Assembly: GCA_907165135.1 (NCBI GenBank)
Contig: OU015568.1
Location: forward strand, 5,642,001-5,706,000
DNA: 64,000 nt
Source: Oikopleura dioica
Taxonomy: Eukaryota > Animalia > Chordata
Direction: 5' to 3'
The notes below the pieces were generated by a model, which saw only the letters and a program-made list of their open reading frames with translations, did not search any database and was not told the DNA's origin. The position numbers and the translations under genes were made by a program. Positions 11,715-23,764 of this stretch are shown piece by piece. Position 1 is the first letter of the stretch; the number at the start of each line of letters is the position of its first letter.

Positions 11715-13563
11715 CAGGCTGGGCTTATTTGTGACGAGATAAGGATGATTCGATATGGGCCCAGCGCAGCCTCAGCCAGCGCTATCGAAAATTCTCCGCG
11801 GGTTGAATCATCGGGGATGTCTCGCGCTGGACTTTTTCGCGCGCGCTTTAAACTGACAATTCTGGTTGATGTGAATGATTTTCCATTTCCCTTTTCAAAA
11901 AAATCCCATATTTATACGAAATGAGGAATAAATATACACTTGAAAGAAAATGAGAAATAGTACTTTTCACAGAGAGCCACCCAGAAATGAACTGGGAACA
12001 GATCGGAGCGCATTTTGAAATGCCCCTATCCTCAGTTGAAAAGTAAAATTTTATTCTATTGATATCTTAAATTGTACTTATATATATTATACTCTCTTTA
12101 CTCATAAAAATGATAGTATTTGCCGCCCCGATCGTAAATATCGTCTGAACCAGACACTTTGCTTACCAAATACTGGTAAAAAATACTACACTTTCCGGCA
12201 GCCGCAGCGAGTTGAGGCGGAAATGTATCTTTTGCGAACGGCCGACCAGTCCGATATTATCTACAACCCTGGCAATATCAGACAAGGCATTCCTCGAACT
12301 GGAAAACAGTTCATTGATACAGAAGAGTGGAGAGAAGAAGCAAAAGACATTGTTGAAGAGATGTTTCCGAATTTGAATTTGAAATGCAGCCGAAGTTAGT
12401 GTTTTCAAAACAAGAAAAATCCTCATGCAACATTTATATATAGAGCGGACATGAAAAGATAAACAACAAGGAGGCATGGCTCAGTGGGATCAAGCCCTTG
12501 TCGATTTTCGTCAAGCCGAAATTCGAGTTATCATTGGACAGTTTCCCCGACGAAAATGTTTCAACTTTGACGAGACGCCGATAAATTGGAGATACAAACA
12601 TAATAGAGGATTAATTAAAAGAGGAGAAGATCCGAAAAAATATATGACAGCTGATTCCCGGAAAACATTTATTGCTGGAGCGATGATGAACTTCCATGAA
12701 GCTTTGTATCCAATGGTGATAGATAAATCAAAAATTCACGATTTTACGCAGCGATTCGGTGAGCGTCTCACAGATCATGGAACTTTCAAATCTGCGGCAT
12801 TTATGATCAATGGAAAGTGGTGCCTCTACTATACTTCTGCAACTGGTTTGATGACCACACCCATTTTCCATCATTATATTAGCTTCGTTCAAAATCATTA
12901 AAATGGAAACTTGCTACTATTGTGCGATAATTATCGTAGTCATCAACTCGATCCATTGGTTCATGATCGTGTGCGTATGGAAAAATTTGCTCCTTGAACG
13001 ACACATGTCTCGCAACCAGCCGACCAATTCTTAAATCTTGAAATCAAAAAGAAGATGAGAAAAAAAGTACATGGATATGGAATTCGACTTGGGCCGACTC
13101 GAGGACACATTGCGGAGCGAGGATGGGTCGTCGAAGAGGTAACAATTGAATAGAAATCATAAAAGATTAATTTTATTTTAGGCCTACAAAACTATTCTTG
13201 GCATCTCGGAGGATACGATCAAAAAATCCTGGCGATAATGTCAACTTGAATACCCGGAAAATTTCGAGCCCTGGAGACCCTGGTAATAGAGGAGACATGG
13301 TACACATATATTCTGCCGAAGAACGCCCTCAAAAAGTTCATTTGCATTTCTGATTTTATGTTTAAAAATAACAGCATTATTTAATAAATATTGAAAGAAG
13401 TAAAGTCGCCAAAATTTGAGCTGAAAATCTGCAATGAAAACGCCCTTTGTGGCTTGATTATTCATCCTTGGGCCGGATGATAGGAATTTTCGATAGCGCT
13501 GGCTGAGGCTGCGCGGGGCCCATATCGAATCATCCTTATCTCGTCACAAATAAGCCCAGCCTG
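11715..13563 (+). mobile_element. Tc1/mariner-superfamily (pogo/Tigger-like) element with TA TSD
   Basis: ~78-bp TIRs CAGGCTGGGCTTATTTGTGACGAGATAAGG..., flanked by TA at 11713-11714 and 13564-13565. Confidence 0.92.
11921..13290 (+). pseudogene. Decayed pogo-like transposase (HTH + DDD domain)
   Basis: MRNKYTLERK*EIV..WEQIGAHFEMP (CENP-B-type HTH), then FNFDETP, LLLCDNYRSH and SQPADQ catalytic motifs, with several in-frame stops (e.g. 12899, ~12995). Confidence 0.8.
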
Positions 13564-14906
13564 TAGATTTTACAGCTGATTTAACATCTTAATTTCCCGC
13601 TGAGTCTTCCCATGATTTCAATGCAAACATAACGATCGGCAACCAAGACTCTGCTCAAGAGGACATACAACTGACTCGCCAGAGGATTTCAACTCGACTT
13701 ATGAAATCATAATGCCTTCTACAGTTAATTCTTCTTCCATAATGTCAATAATACGATCAACGACAACTTGTCGTTCTTAGAACAACAATATCATCGACCA
13801 CAAAATCAATTCGATGATTTTTTTGTTATAATCTTTATTGAGCATTCAAAACATTTTTTTAATTTTATTCAAGCAGTTGGAATGAAATAGTCAAGTCTGA
13901 TCAAATTTACTCTAAGAGATGCAGTAATCAGCAGGAGATAGAAAAATAAACGGATAACACACCAACTCTTCTTGCCATCCAATAATTTGAGTGGTAACTT
14001 TTTCTTCGCTTGAGTCTATTAAAAAGCTCCAGAAAACTAAAATGAGAAGACGGCTTTCAACTCTCACGCCGCACAGTGAATCTAACATTCAGAGTGTTCG
14101 TCTTTTACTAAGGTTGTCATCTCCCCAAGGTTGCAACTTCGGGAGAGGGCTATCTAAAAATAGAAATCTGTTACCCGTCGGCGTTTGGTTAGCGCCCTTT
14201 TATTGAATATGCTCGGAGCTCTTGACCTAAGAAATTAATCTTTTGAATCGGAAAGTATGAGCCAGAATTATAGCCTGGAAATATGGATATGGAGTTTTCG
14301 TGTAAAATTGCTGATGGACATTCTAAATCCTGAAAAGGTAATGAACGACAAAGTTCTTATTTTCATTGAAGATTCTTCAAATGACATTTTAAATAAGAAC
14401 ATAAAGAAAACAATCAAAAATATATTTACTTCTGAAAGAGAGCCGATCAATGACCATTTGCCGTCCATAAATCGCCAAATTTCATTTAATACCTTAGAAA
14501 CGGAACCGTAGTGAGGGGCTATCCTTCGAGCTGGCCTCGAATTCACTACATGCCTTCTGGAGCATTATTTTTGGAATCTCCATGGTCGAATTAGTAAAAA
14601 TCGTTTTTTCCTGAAAATTTTTGAGCAAAAATGCTCATGACCTTCCGAAAAGTGAACCTTGTGCAGATCAGCTGGACCGTCGCAACAACCCTCTGATCAT
14701 GATTTTCCTCGATAGATTAGAGATTTACCACTGAGCTTCGCTGTTTCCCGCAGAGTTTGGCAGTTCGGCCGTGTTGGGCTTGTCACCCGCTTGGTCCGGT
14801 CATTTTGTCACCCGCCCGATTGGGGGCAGGCGAATCCCTCTTACCCCATTTGAGCGCCTATAATTCGAGGTGCTCGAATGCAATTCGCGTATTTTGAGTA
14901 GCTTAA

Positions 14907-15458
14907 CCGCGTGGGACGAATTGTACATTCCAATGTAGTTTAAGACTTTGAAGAGCCCTAGTTCAAAAACTACTGATCGTATAGATCTGAAAATTGAAAT
15001 GCGCCTTTGCACATCCTTAATCTCTCGCTCTTTAAAATTTTACCGAATTATCGCGCACCACCAGCGCTCTGCAGCGGATTAACTCTGACCTACTTCGCGC
15101 TGCGCTCCTTTTCTCACTCGTAATTCAGGTCTCAATTGGGATTTATAAATTTTTTCAAAGTGAAAATATAGGTTTTCGATACTGGAGATTTCGAATTTTG
15201 AATAATATTTACAAAAATTCAATGCGAAATCAACTCAAACGGTTAAATCAAGACCTACAAGTAATATGAGAATGAGGTTTGCAGACAGGAAAACGAAAAT
15301 TTAAATTGAAATTATGAAAGCCTGTATTCGATTTAGTATTGTCTGTAAATTTGGCGGGAACCGGATGAGCGAGTCGCGAGTTATTCAAGTTTTCGCTTAA
15401 ACTACAATGGAATGTACAATTCGTCCCGCGCTCATACGCGTGGATTCGTCCCACGCGG
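14907..15458. mobile_element. piggyBac-like MITE (CC...GG ends, TTAA TSD)
   Basis: TTAA|CCGCGTGGGACGAAT ... ATTCGTCCCACGCGG|TTAA. Confidence 0.85.
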
Positions 15459-15739
15459 TTAAATTCGAGCTCAAGGTTTATAATAATAGTCTTCTGCGTC
15501 AGAAGTTTTCTGATAAGGGTAAGAGAAAGTACGTTCCTTAAAAAAAAGACTTACTGGAAGGGTCAGACTAGGACAAGCGAGGGCTACCGAAGATATTTAT
15601 TAAAACTATAGTAGTTGCTCAGAATTAAGGTTAGGGTTAGGGGGCACCTGCAAAAATGACGGAACGAACTTACCCGAGGGGGATAGGCTAGGGATAGTCA
15701 AGGTTACCGAAGGTAACCCTAAGTAACCATAGATAAGAC

Positions 15740-16071
15740 CAGTGTTTGAAAAAATGATGAGCGCGAGCCGCGAGCTCACGGCCTGTTTACGGAAAAAACG
15801 CCCGCGACCAAGCATTTCCAAATTTGCGGAATCTTTCTTGATTTCATCTTTTAAAAGAAACTGGACAATGCAGCGATATTACTCTGTCAAAACTGAAGTT
15901 CGGTTTTTTTTTGTCAATAAAAAATCTTCGGGGTTATGAAAACTCTTGCTCGCTCACTCATTAAAAAATTTTGCAGCTTCTGCTCGCGCTCGCTCACTCA
16001 TGAAAAAATTTTCGGGGGCTCTGCTCGCGCTCAGTCGCTCATCTTAGTTCTGACCATTTTTTCAAACACTG
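15740..16071. mobile_element. hAT-like MITE, 8-bp TSD GATAAGAC
   Basis: TIRs CAGTGTTTGAAAAAATG / CATTTTTTCAAACACTG. TSD at 15732-15739 and 16072-16079. Confidence 0.88.
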
Positions 16072-16720
16072 GATAAGACCCCGAAGGACAATAGAATTTG
16101 ATAATTTTCTTCTCATTTAATCGAGGAGCAGATGCATGATGAAAGATGAGTTATTCATTTTGCCGAAGGTAGGTCTGTTTTATCAAATCATGACGTCCGA
16201 TTTATGAGGGCTCGAATTTTAGCAGCCCAAAAAACATACATTACATTCGAGTGATAGCCCGAATATACCCCTGACCCTACGGGGGGATCTTTCAATAACG
16301 ACCGGGGCGATTCCCATCATGAAGCATTATTCTGTGCTCTGATTGGTCAATCATGCAAATCAGCCCGGTCGTTGTTGAAAGCCACCCCCGTAGCATGAGA
16401 ATTGAGAATGAGTAATGTGGGCAAGCGCCACCGGTGTTTCTCACGGGAAGGCTTGCTCTGGCCGCACTCGTGCGCCAACCTAGCCCACCACGCAGATTCT
16501 CCTCACTGAGTCGTAGTGACTCATAGACCCTGGGAAACCAAAACCATGAGAAAGGAAATGACGCACTGATAAAGCAATGACGCACTGATAAGAGATGAAT
16601 CACGATGGAACCTTCTAGGCGATTAGATTCTCAATGATGACTCATACGATGGCAGCAGAGAGCGACTCACTCGCGCCAACTGCTCTCTGGCCCCATTCTG
16701 TACTGACTATATATACTGAC

Positions 16721-17755
16721 CTAGGTCTCGAAATCCGGGTGCTTTCGCTGTGGCGGGAGAGGGATGGCGCCCTCGCTGCCTCCGCGCGCTGGAGGAAATC
16801 GAAAATTCGCCGCGAATAATCGGAGGCGGATCCGAAAAATTCGCCGCGGCGGGATTTGTGCCTAGCGCGAAGGGGGTTGTGCGGGGAGTCGCGCGGGGCG
16901 ATGCGAGTCGTGTGCTCGGGCAGCGAGTGGCGCGCTTAGAAAGCAAGCCGCGCGCTCAGGCTTCTAAGATTTAACTAAGCTTATGGAAAATCTTATGGAA
17001 GGTTTAAGAATTGGTAGTCTTAAGAATTCCTCTAAAATGGAGCGATTTTTCAGCCAAGTTTTCCAGGCCACTTGCTAATTTTTCTTCTCAAAAAATCTTA
17101 GCGAAAATGAACCTACTACTTCCGGGAAATCACCCGGTGATTATTACCAGGTGATTAGGTGTTATTTGCATCTGATTCCGAGTACTGGGTCATAGTAAGC
17201 ACCCACTGAGATTATGGCGCGCCCTAATGCTTTTTGGGCTCCCTGCGCGGCGCGTAAAGCACTAGTGCGCTGTCAGTTTCACTCTCTTATCTGACGATTT
17301 TGCACGAGAGGAAGAACCAGGAAAATTTATCTTTTGGGGGCCGCAAGAAAAGTGTCTGATAAACAGATGTAGACGTGCTCTACATGATTTACCTCTTCGA
17401 AAAATTGATTTTGAGTTTTCATTATTGAAGTTTTTTGCCAAATCATTTTCAATATTTGGAATCAGCAGACTAAATAACGTATTCGTATAAAAAATCATAA
17501 GAACACTACGTTATATTTCGACCACCTGCGAATGAGAAAGAGGGGCTCTCGCGTTCCTAAAAAACCCTTGCCCCAGGAAAGCGCGCGAATCGCGCCCTAT
17601 TTGCATGTTTGGGCGCCCGCTCGCTGAAACCTGAAAGTGAGAAAATCTGCCTCGAGCGCGTTTGTGCGGCATTTTTTCTCCTCCGCTCCCGCCGCGGCAG
17701 TGCGCGCGCCACCACTTTCCCGCCACAGCGAAAGCACCCGGATTTCGAGACCTAG
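16721..17755. mobile_element. TIR element with 38-bp TIRs, 8-bp TSD ATACTGAC
   Basis: CTAGGTCTCGAAATCCGGGTGCTTTCGCTGTGGCGGGA and its reverse complement ending at 17755. TSD at 16713-16720 and 17756-17763. Confidence 0.9.
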
Positions 17756-18876
17756 ATACTGACCCTTTTACTGCAATAAATCGAGATCTTAATAGATACC
17801 GACAAACAAAAACAAAAAACTTGACTTTTTACTGACTTCGCAGGAACAACGACTAGAATAGAGAACAAACAGAGAACGACGACAAACAAGACGATAGAAC
17901 TCTATACCTATTAGAGTTCTCCTCCACCAAGCCCTACGAATCTACTCTTTCGTACTAAGGCTTGTTCACCTTTATTAACTGCTAGTAGTCAAGCGAGTAC
18001 ATCCGTGTATTGTCGCTGAGGCCCTAGGATAAAAACTGAGCACGTTTTCAAAGCTCAAGGACATCACACCAAGTGTCTTAGTTACATCGAGCATCTCGAA
18101 TTATAGGCGCTCAAATGACATCGATAACATTCGAGCGGCTAGAATTAAAGCTGCTCCAGGAGGCATGTAGTGAATTCGAGGCCAGCTCGAAGGATGACCC
18201 CCAACTACCAACGGAACCTCCAATAGTTAAAAGACTACCAGAAGGCAATCCAATGGCAGAAAAAAGTTCAATCTTTCTAAAATTTTTCTCAAAGACATTT
18301 TCGTTTCTCTTGGCAACCTTGGATGATTTTCTAAAAAACTCCAACCATCTTCCATCAAAGTCTCGACTGCTCCTTTTGCAAAGGATCCTCCTATTGCGGT
18401 CGGTCGATTGTTGTAGAGGCCTAAATCTCCGAACACATGTGTCCTTTTTGTTTTAAAAGTCGTTTCAACTGAGAATCCATTAAATAGCTGGCACTTCCGT
18501 TCAGTGGATATATCAAAACATATCAAAGCTAAAAATGTTTAAAAGAGAGCATTTTAAATTTACACCTTTACTGCCTTTTTCGAAAGTAAAAGCTGAATGT
18601 CCATATTTAAAAGGGACGGAAAACCTAACAGATAAAATCCGAAATTGGCATCCGTCAAGGCGGGCAATCTGAAAGAATTATATTTGAGATGACGTCAACT
18701 ATAAATTTAATTGATACTTGATTGGGATCATAGAATCCACCAAAGAGGTGAAGCTGACCATTGACAATTGCGTGCCTCGAGTAGAGAAGGTATTGAGAAA
18801 TAGTGCCGTCGAAAGAAGACGGAGGTAAAAAGGTCACTTCGCTTTTAATTAATCTATTTAATAACAACCCGTATGG

Positions 18877-19116
18877 CTGGGGTGCGAAACGGGGCAAGCA
18901 GTATCGGGCCCCGTCCCCCTTAATTTTTCGGACTCGGTGCCCCGTCCTGTCCCGTTTTGCCCCGTTTGCCCGGAATACCAATTTTGGTATTTTAATACCA
19001 ATTTTGGTATTCGAATGCCAATTGGTACACAAACCGAGCGTCTCCCCGAAACGGGGCAAAACGGAGCACGGGACGGGGCAGTTGTCCCGTTGCCCCGGTC
19101 CCGTTTCGCACCCCAG
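18877..19116. mobile_element. 240-bp MITE, 8-bp TSD CCGTATGG, in an exon of copy B
   Basis: TIRs CTGGGGTGCGAAACGGG / CCCGTTTCGCACCCCAG. Copy A is uninterrupted (QPYG, ~3180). Confidence 0.88.
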
Positions 19117-19895
19117 CCGTATGGCTTTGAATTTCCCCAATAATCAGGAAGTAAAACATTTATCTTTGAAGTCGTTTCGGTAATATGAATAAAATTTTTA
19201 ATTCTAGTTGCACGATCGAGTTTGTAAATTCTGATTTTCTTGTTGTTGATATTTTGAAAACCTCTCATTCCAATTTTAAAGCTAGTTTTATTCATATCCG
19301 CGCGATTCTGTAAAGTTTGAAGAAATTTTAAAAAGATAACAAAAAAATAATAATTACGAACTTATCCTCAAAAACTTCGACAGCAGAATTGTTCGAATCC
19401 AATGAAAAGGCAAGTTCTGCCAACTCTAAAAAAGTTGACTGCAGCAAAACGTTTTTATCAAAATAGTCAGAATCCATCCATATAGAGCCATTTCCGTGAC
19501 TTCCGAAACAAAAAAGAATCTTTCCATCAAAAAATTGGAATTTCAGAATTTCCATTTCCCCAGATAATTGAAGTGGAAACTCCATTTTGAGATTAAACTT
19601 GTTCTCTCTAGTCAGATCCATTTGAACAGTTGAGATGTGCTTCAACTCTTCTAGCGACGAGAAAGATTTATCCGGAACGAGTGTTTTGAAGAAAAAACTG
19701 GGTAAAGGAAATCGGGGCTGTGCTACTGCGTTTTTCGAAAAGGCTGGAAACACATCGTCGTGAAAGGCGAAATAAGGATTGCTCGTTACGTGCATTGTCT
19801 TGTTCACTTTTTTCTGTACGAATTCAAGGTCTATTTTCTCTTTTGAAGGATTGTAAATAACTCAAAATCTGGTGTCAGAATATAAACTTTATTAA

Positions 19896-20514
19896 GGAGG
19901 TGTGGGGCGGTTTGGCGAATATCGTAATTTCCAAGTTTTCTTTATATTTTTAGGTTTCTATGTTTTTTTTCTCATCGTTAGCAAAAGATAGTAAAAGATT
20001 GCATTAAAAATTGGCGTTTTCAAGAAAATTTACGAAAATGTATTTCTAATGTCTTAAATATTGAATTTTTTGATATTTTTAGAAAGTTAACGACTTGTTA
20101 AGTATTTTTGATAATAACAGTGACTCCGTTATCTTACTGTATTACCAGCTAACTTGATTTTTAATAACAATTTTCAGATGTTTTGCTCAGATGCATTTTC
20201 TGAGAAAAATTTAATTCCTGCAATTCAACTCTAGAACAACGATGGAAGTTTCTTTTCCTTATCTTAGCTTTAAAAAATATTTTCATTAAAAAAATCGCGT
20301 TCAAAAATAACACAAAATCATCATTTTCACGGACATGACTTGAAGATGAGCTCCCTCTTGCAAAAATCCCTTAATTATTTTTTCTGAAAAATTTTTCAAT
20401 TCTAGTTAAAGGTCCAATCTAAAAGAAGAAAGAGTTCATAAAAATTTTCTAACCCATCTGAGCCTGAGGGCTGTTTGAAAGTGGTCGATTTCCCGAAAAC
20501 CGCCCCACACCTCC
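19896..20514. mobile_element. TTAA-targeting MITE with GG termini (Kolobok-like)
   Basis: TTAA|GGAGGTGTGGGGCGGTTT ... AAACCGCCCCACACCTCC|TTAA. Confidence 0.85.
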
Positions 20515-20634
20515 TTAAATAGACTAAACCAATTTTTGGAAGTGAATTTTTGGATTATCAATAAGATTGCTGTATTTGGCCTACCGGCCAATCAAAACTC
20601 TTTTCATAAAAATTTGTTCCAAAAATTGGTTATT

Positions 20635-20874
20635 CAGTGGGTATGGTCAATTCAACAGATTTTTTTTCGCCAATATCGCTGAAATCCGAAAACAAAATGA
20701 GAAAAATAAAGCTGTAAATATCAGAGAGTAGGAGAAACTGCAATGCTGTTTCTACCTTTTGGGCAAGAATAAGCTTATAGAATCTCTACAACACAATACC
20801 CCGATTCTCACAAATTTTCTTATTTTCACCGAAATTTGTGGAATTGACCTAGGTGGAATTGACCTTACCCACTG
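20635..20874. mobile_element. Tc1/mariner-like MITE
   Basis: CAGTGGGTATGGTCAATTC ... GAATTGACCTTACCCACTG|TA. Confidence 0.75.
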
Positions 20875-20880
20875 TATCTA

Positions 20881-21366
20881 TGGTGAGGCGATAAAATTGC
20901 GTGTAAGTTTCCTCTAGTAAAAGCTTCCCCAAACCCTAAGAAATTGAAGATATTTATATTTTGAGCAAGCAAAAATTATATTACGGATTTTTAAAACTTT
21001 TCTTCAAAAAAAAAAAATGATTTGAAAATTTCAAATTTTGGCACAAACCAAAATAAGTATATCTGGAGCTTGGACGGGGCAGTATGATACTTTATTATTC
21101 GGTCTTGAATGTATGATACTTTCTTGTTTGGTCCTCTGCTGTCCCGTCTAAGCTCTAGATATACTTATTTTGGTTTGCCCCCAAATTTAGCAATACGAGA
21201 TCGCCCAAAACTCTAATTTTTGATAATTTTGTAAAAAAAAATATTTTTTAAACGCCGTAATTAAATTTTTGTGTCTTTGTTACAGCAAAAGAAATCAACT
21301 TGAACGATTTACGAGGGATAACTCCTCAGGAAATCCACACGCACAAATTTCTTTATCGCCTCACCG
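20881..21366. mobile_element. Palindromic MITE with TA TSD
   Basis: TA|TGGTGAGGCGATAAA ... TTTATCGCCTCACCG|TA, with inner arms AAACCAAAATAAGTATATCT / AGATATACTTATTTTGGTTT. Confidence 0.8.
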
Positions 21367-21416
21367 TAATTATGGGTTAGACCAATTTTTGGAAAATTTA
21401 ATTTTGGAGAAATTAA

Positions 21417-22760
21417 GGGTACTATCTTCGATTTCCAGAAGGTGTCTTTTCAAAAGATGTATAAGAATCGGTTATTAGAAATGGATTCTTCATTAAATTC
21501 TATGATTATACCTAATTGACAACTATTCAAAATTATCAATATATCTTGAGATATGGCCTCTAGAAGTTTTTTCGAAAAAAAATTTTGAACTTCGATTTTC
21601 TCGATCAAGTGCTTATTCGAAAGCTCAGAGCAAGAGCAGTATGTTGGTAGCTGTATCCATCGCGACATCAAGATATTTTTGATTTTAGAGCCAAAAATGT
21701 GTCGCTAACTTTTAAAAAAAGCTCAATTTTCGCAAAATCGGCGAGACACAATTTTCAAAAAATTATTTTTGGTATTTTTAGTTTTTCAATGAAAATATCC
21801 TTCTGTAATTTTAAGGATTAATGTTCAAACTTTATTTAAAAAATAAAATAAGGCCAAGTTATCAGACTTGTTTTTGAGTTATTCAGCCGTTTATATAGGC
21901 CATTTTGGCGGAGATGACCACTTCCAGCAAAAATTTAGCCGCTTTTCGGTTAACCTTACGACGCCAAGTGTGTCATATATGACACCAAGAGTTTCAAACG
22001 CCCGTAACTCATTTGTAACATGGTCTGAGAATTTCGCTGACCCCCCTTTATGCCCCTACTTTTCGCTAAGCTTTCACGTGGTATCAACCTAATGGGCGCT
22101 GCTTCGCTACAAATGCTTGAGAATAGCGAATTTCGCTTCGCTACTAGTGTGTCGTATATGACACACGAATGCATTGAAAATGTGTCATATATGACACATT
22201 GTCGTCGGTAGGACTTTTTTCCGCCGGAGAAGAAATTGAATTTTTGGGTTGTGGTTCGGGTTTGGGTATCTGTCTGGGTCAAAGTTCCGTCCAAGATTCT
22301 GATTTGGGCTCGAGCTTGTATTTAGACTGGAGTTCGGCCTATAAAATGGCCTCTAGAAGGCGGTAGAGGCGATGTGTCATATACGACACATTGTCGTCGG
22401 TAGGATATATTCCGCCGGCAAAAGTACAAATTTTTTCGGGGATTTTGGTTCGAGTTCGGGTTAGAGTTGAGGCTTGAATTTTGTTCCAGAGTCTAATTTT
22501 GGTTCCAATGTGGCATAATGCCCTGCTTTGGCCTCTATAATCGCCTCTAGAGGGCAGTAAAGGCAATGTGTCATATACGACACATTGTCGTCGTAGGGGG
22601 AAATTCTCGTCTGTCGTCGTAAGGTTAAGCAATTGATAAACCCCTCTGTAATAGTTAAGATCTAGGACAGATCTAATCAATGAGCCCATATAAACTCAGC
22701 AATCATTCACAAGTTCCGAGTTATTCAAAGCTCAAGTTGGGGAAATCGAAGATAGTACCC
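21417..22760. mobile_element. TTAA-targeting element with GG termini (Kolobok-like)
   Basis: TTAA|GGGTACTATCTTCGATTTCC ... GGAAATCGAAGATAGTACCC|TTAA. Confidence 0.85.
21954..22624. mobile_element. piggyBac-like MITE with internal ~190-bp repeats carrying TGTGTCATATATGACACA palindromes
   Basis: TTAA|CCTTACGACG ... CGTCGTAAGG|TTAA. The palindrome occurs at ~21968, 22147, 22180, 22372 and 22567. Confidence 0.8.
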
Positions 22761-23070
22761 TTAAGGTTGAAAATTTTCTATTGCAGATCGATTTCGCTCA
22801 AAGGAGCATCTTCGGTGCAAAGAGAACTAAAACAAGTGGAAAAATATCCAAAAGCAACTCCTTACCGTTAGGGTTTTTTTGGGAACGCGAGAGCCCAATT
22901 TTCGCTTCCCCGGCTACCCAAAATAATCATCAATTACTTTTTATTTTAACCCGTTTCCGAGCGCTCCGCTACATTGGCTTGCCGCTCGCGTAGCATCCGG
23001 AATGCTACGACTTTGAGCGCATTTTTCTCCCACTTTAACTTTGTCTTTTTTCATAATTTTTACTTGTGGG

Positions 23071-23741
23071 TGATAAGGTCTGACAAAACTGGAGGCGAAC
23101 TTTTTAGTCGATCGAGGTTTTATTGAATTTGAATGTTTTTGGCAGGGCAAAAATCACTTATAAAGGGAGTCAGAGTCAGTCAGGTGTTTCAAAGTGGGGA
23201 AATAAGTCAGTTGTTTATGATTGCAATCGTCGATTCGTCACGTCGATAACTGTAATCGGGTCAGCGCACATTAAAATAGGACAGAATAAGGGGTTTTGTA
23301 CAAGTCAGATCAAAATAAGTAAGAAATATGTAAAATATTACTCAAATTTTACAAAAGTCGAAATATCTTATATACGTGGCGAGCAAGTAAGAAATTTGTA
23401 AAACATTACTAAAATTTTACAAAAATCTCTTGGATGTCTATGTGGCGTTTAAGTAAGAGATTTGTAAAAAATTACTAAAATTTTACAAAAGTCGGAATAA
23501 CTTACGTCTGTGGCGAATGAGTAAGAAATTTGTAAAATATTACTAAAATTTTACAAAAATCTCTATGAATGTCTAAGTGGCGCAAAAGTAAGAAATTTGT
23601 AAAAAATTACTAAAATTTTACAAGTGTCAAAATAATAACTGAGAGTGGCGAGTAAGTAAGAAATTTGTAAAAAATTACAAAAATTTTACAAAGTTGTCAG
23701 CTTGTGAGATTTTATATTTGCCGGTTCGCTCAGTCGTGTCA
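23071..23741 (-). repeat. 3' LTR (671 bp)
   Basis: Matches 31214-31881 apart from three 1-bp homopolymer differences seen by eye. On the minus strand it has a TATA-like TTTATAAG (~23160) and AATAAA (~23120). Confidence 0.97.
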
Positions 23742-23764
23742 ACGGTGACTTGTCGGCGGGTCTT

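Larger units (their letters stand above)
14508..18209. mobile_element. Non-autonomous MULE-like element (9-bp TSD AACGGAACC) hosting several nested insertions
   Basis: TIRs GTAGTGAGGGGCTATCCTTCGAGCTGGCCTCGAATTCACTACATGCC / reverse complement at 18160-18209. A second inverted segment pairs ~14848 with ~18090-18117. TSD at 14499-14507 and 18210-18218. Confidence 0.85.

Noticed and set aside
15625-15645. TTAGGG telomeric repeat (and TTAGGA run at 8101-8132)
   Set aside because: Only 2-5 degenerate units inside transposons; no evidence of an interstitial telomere.
23123-23401. 92-aa ORF duplicated at 31265-31543
   Set aside because: Lies antisense within the LTRs with a non-ATG start; the duplication simply reflects LTR identity.
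23318-23692. True CRISPR array
   Set aside because: Eukaryotic LTR context, no cas genes, and the spacers are related to each other (alternating types, shared GTGGCG). Kept only as an unusual repeat array.
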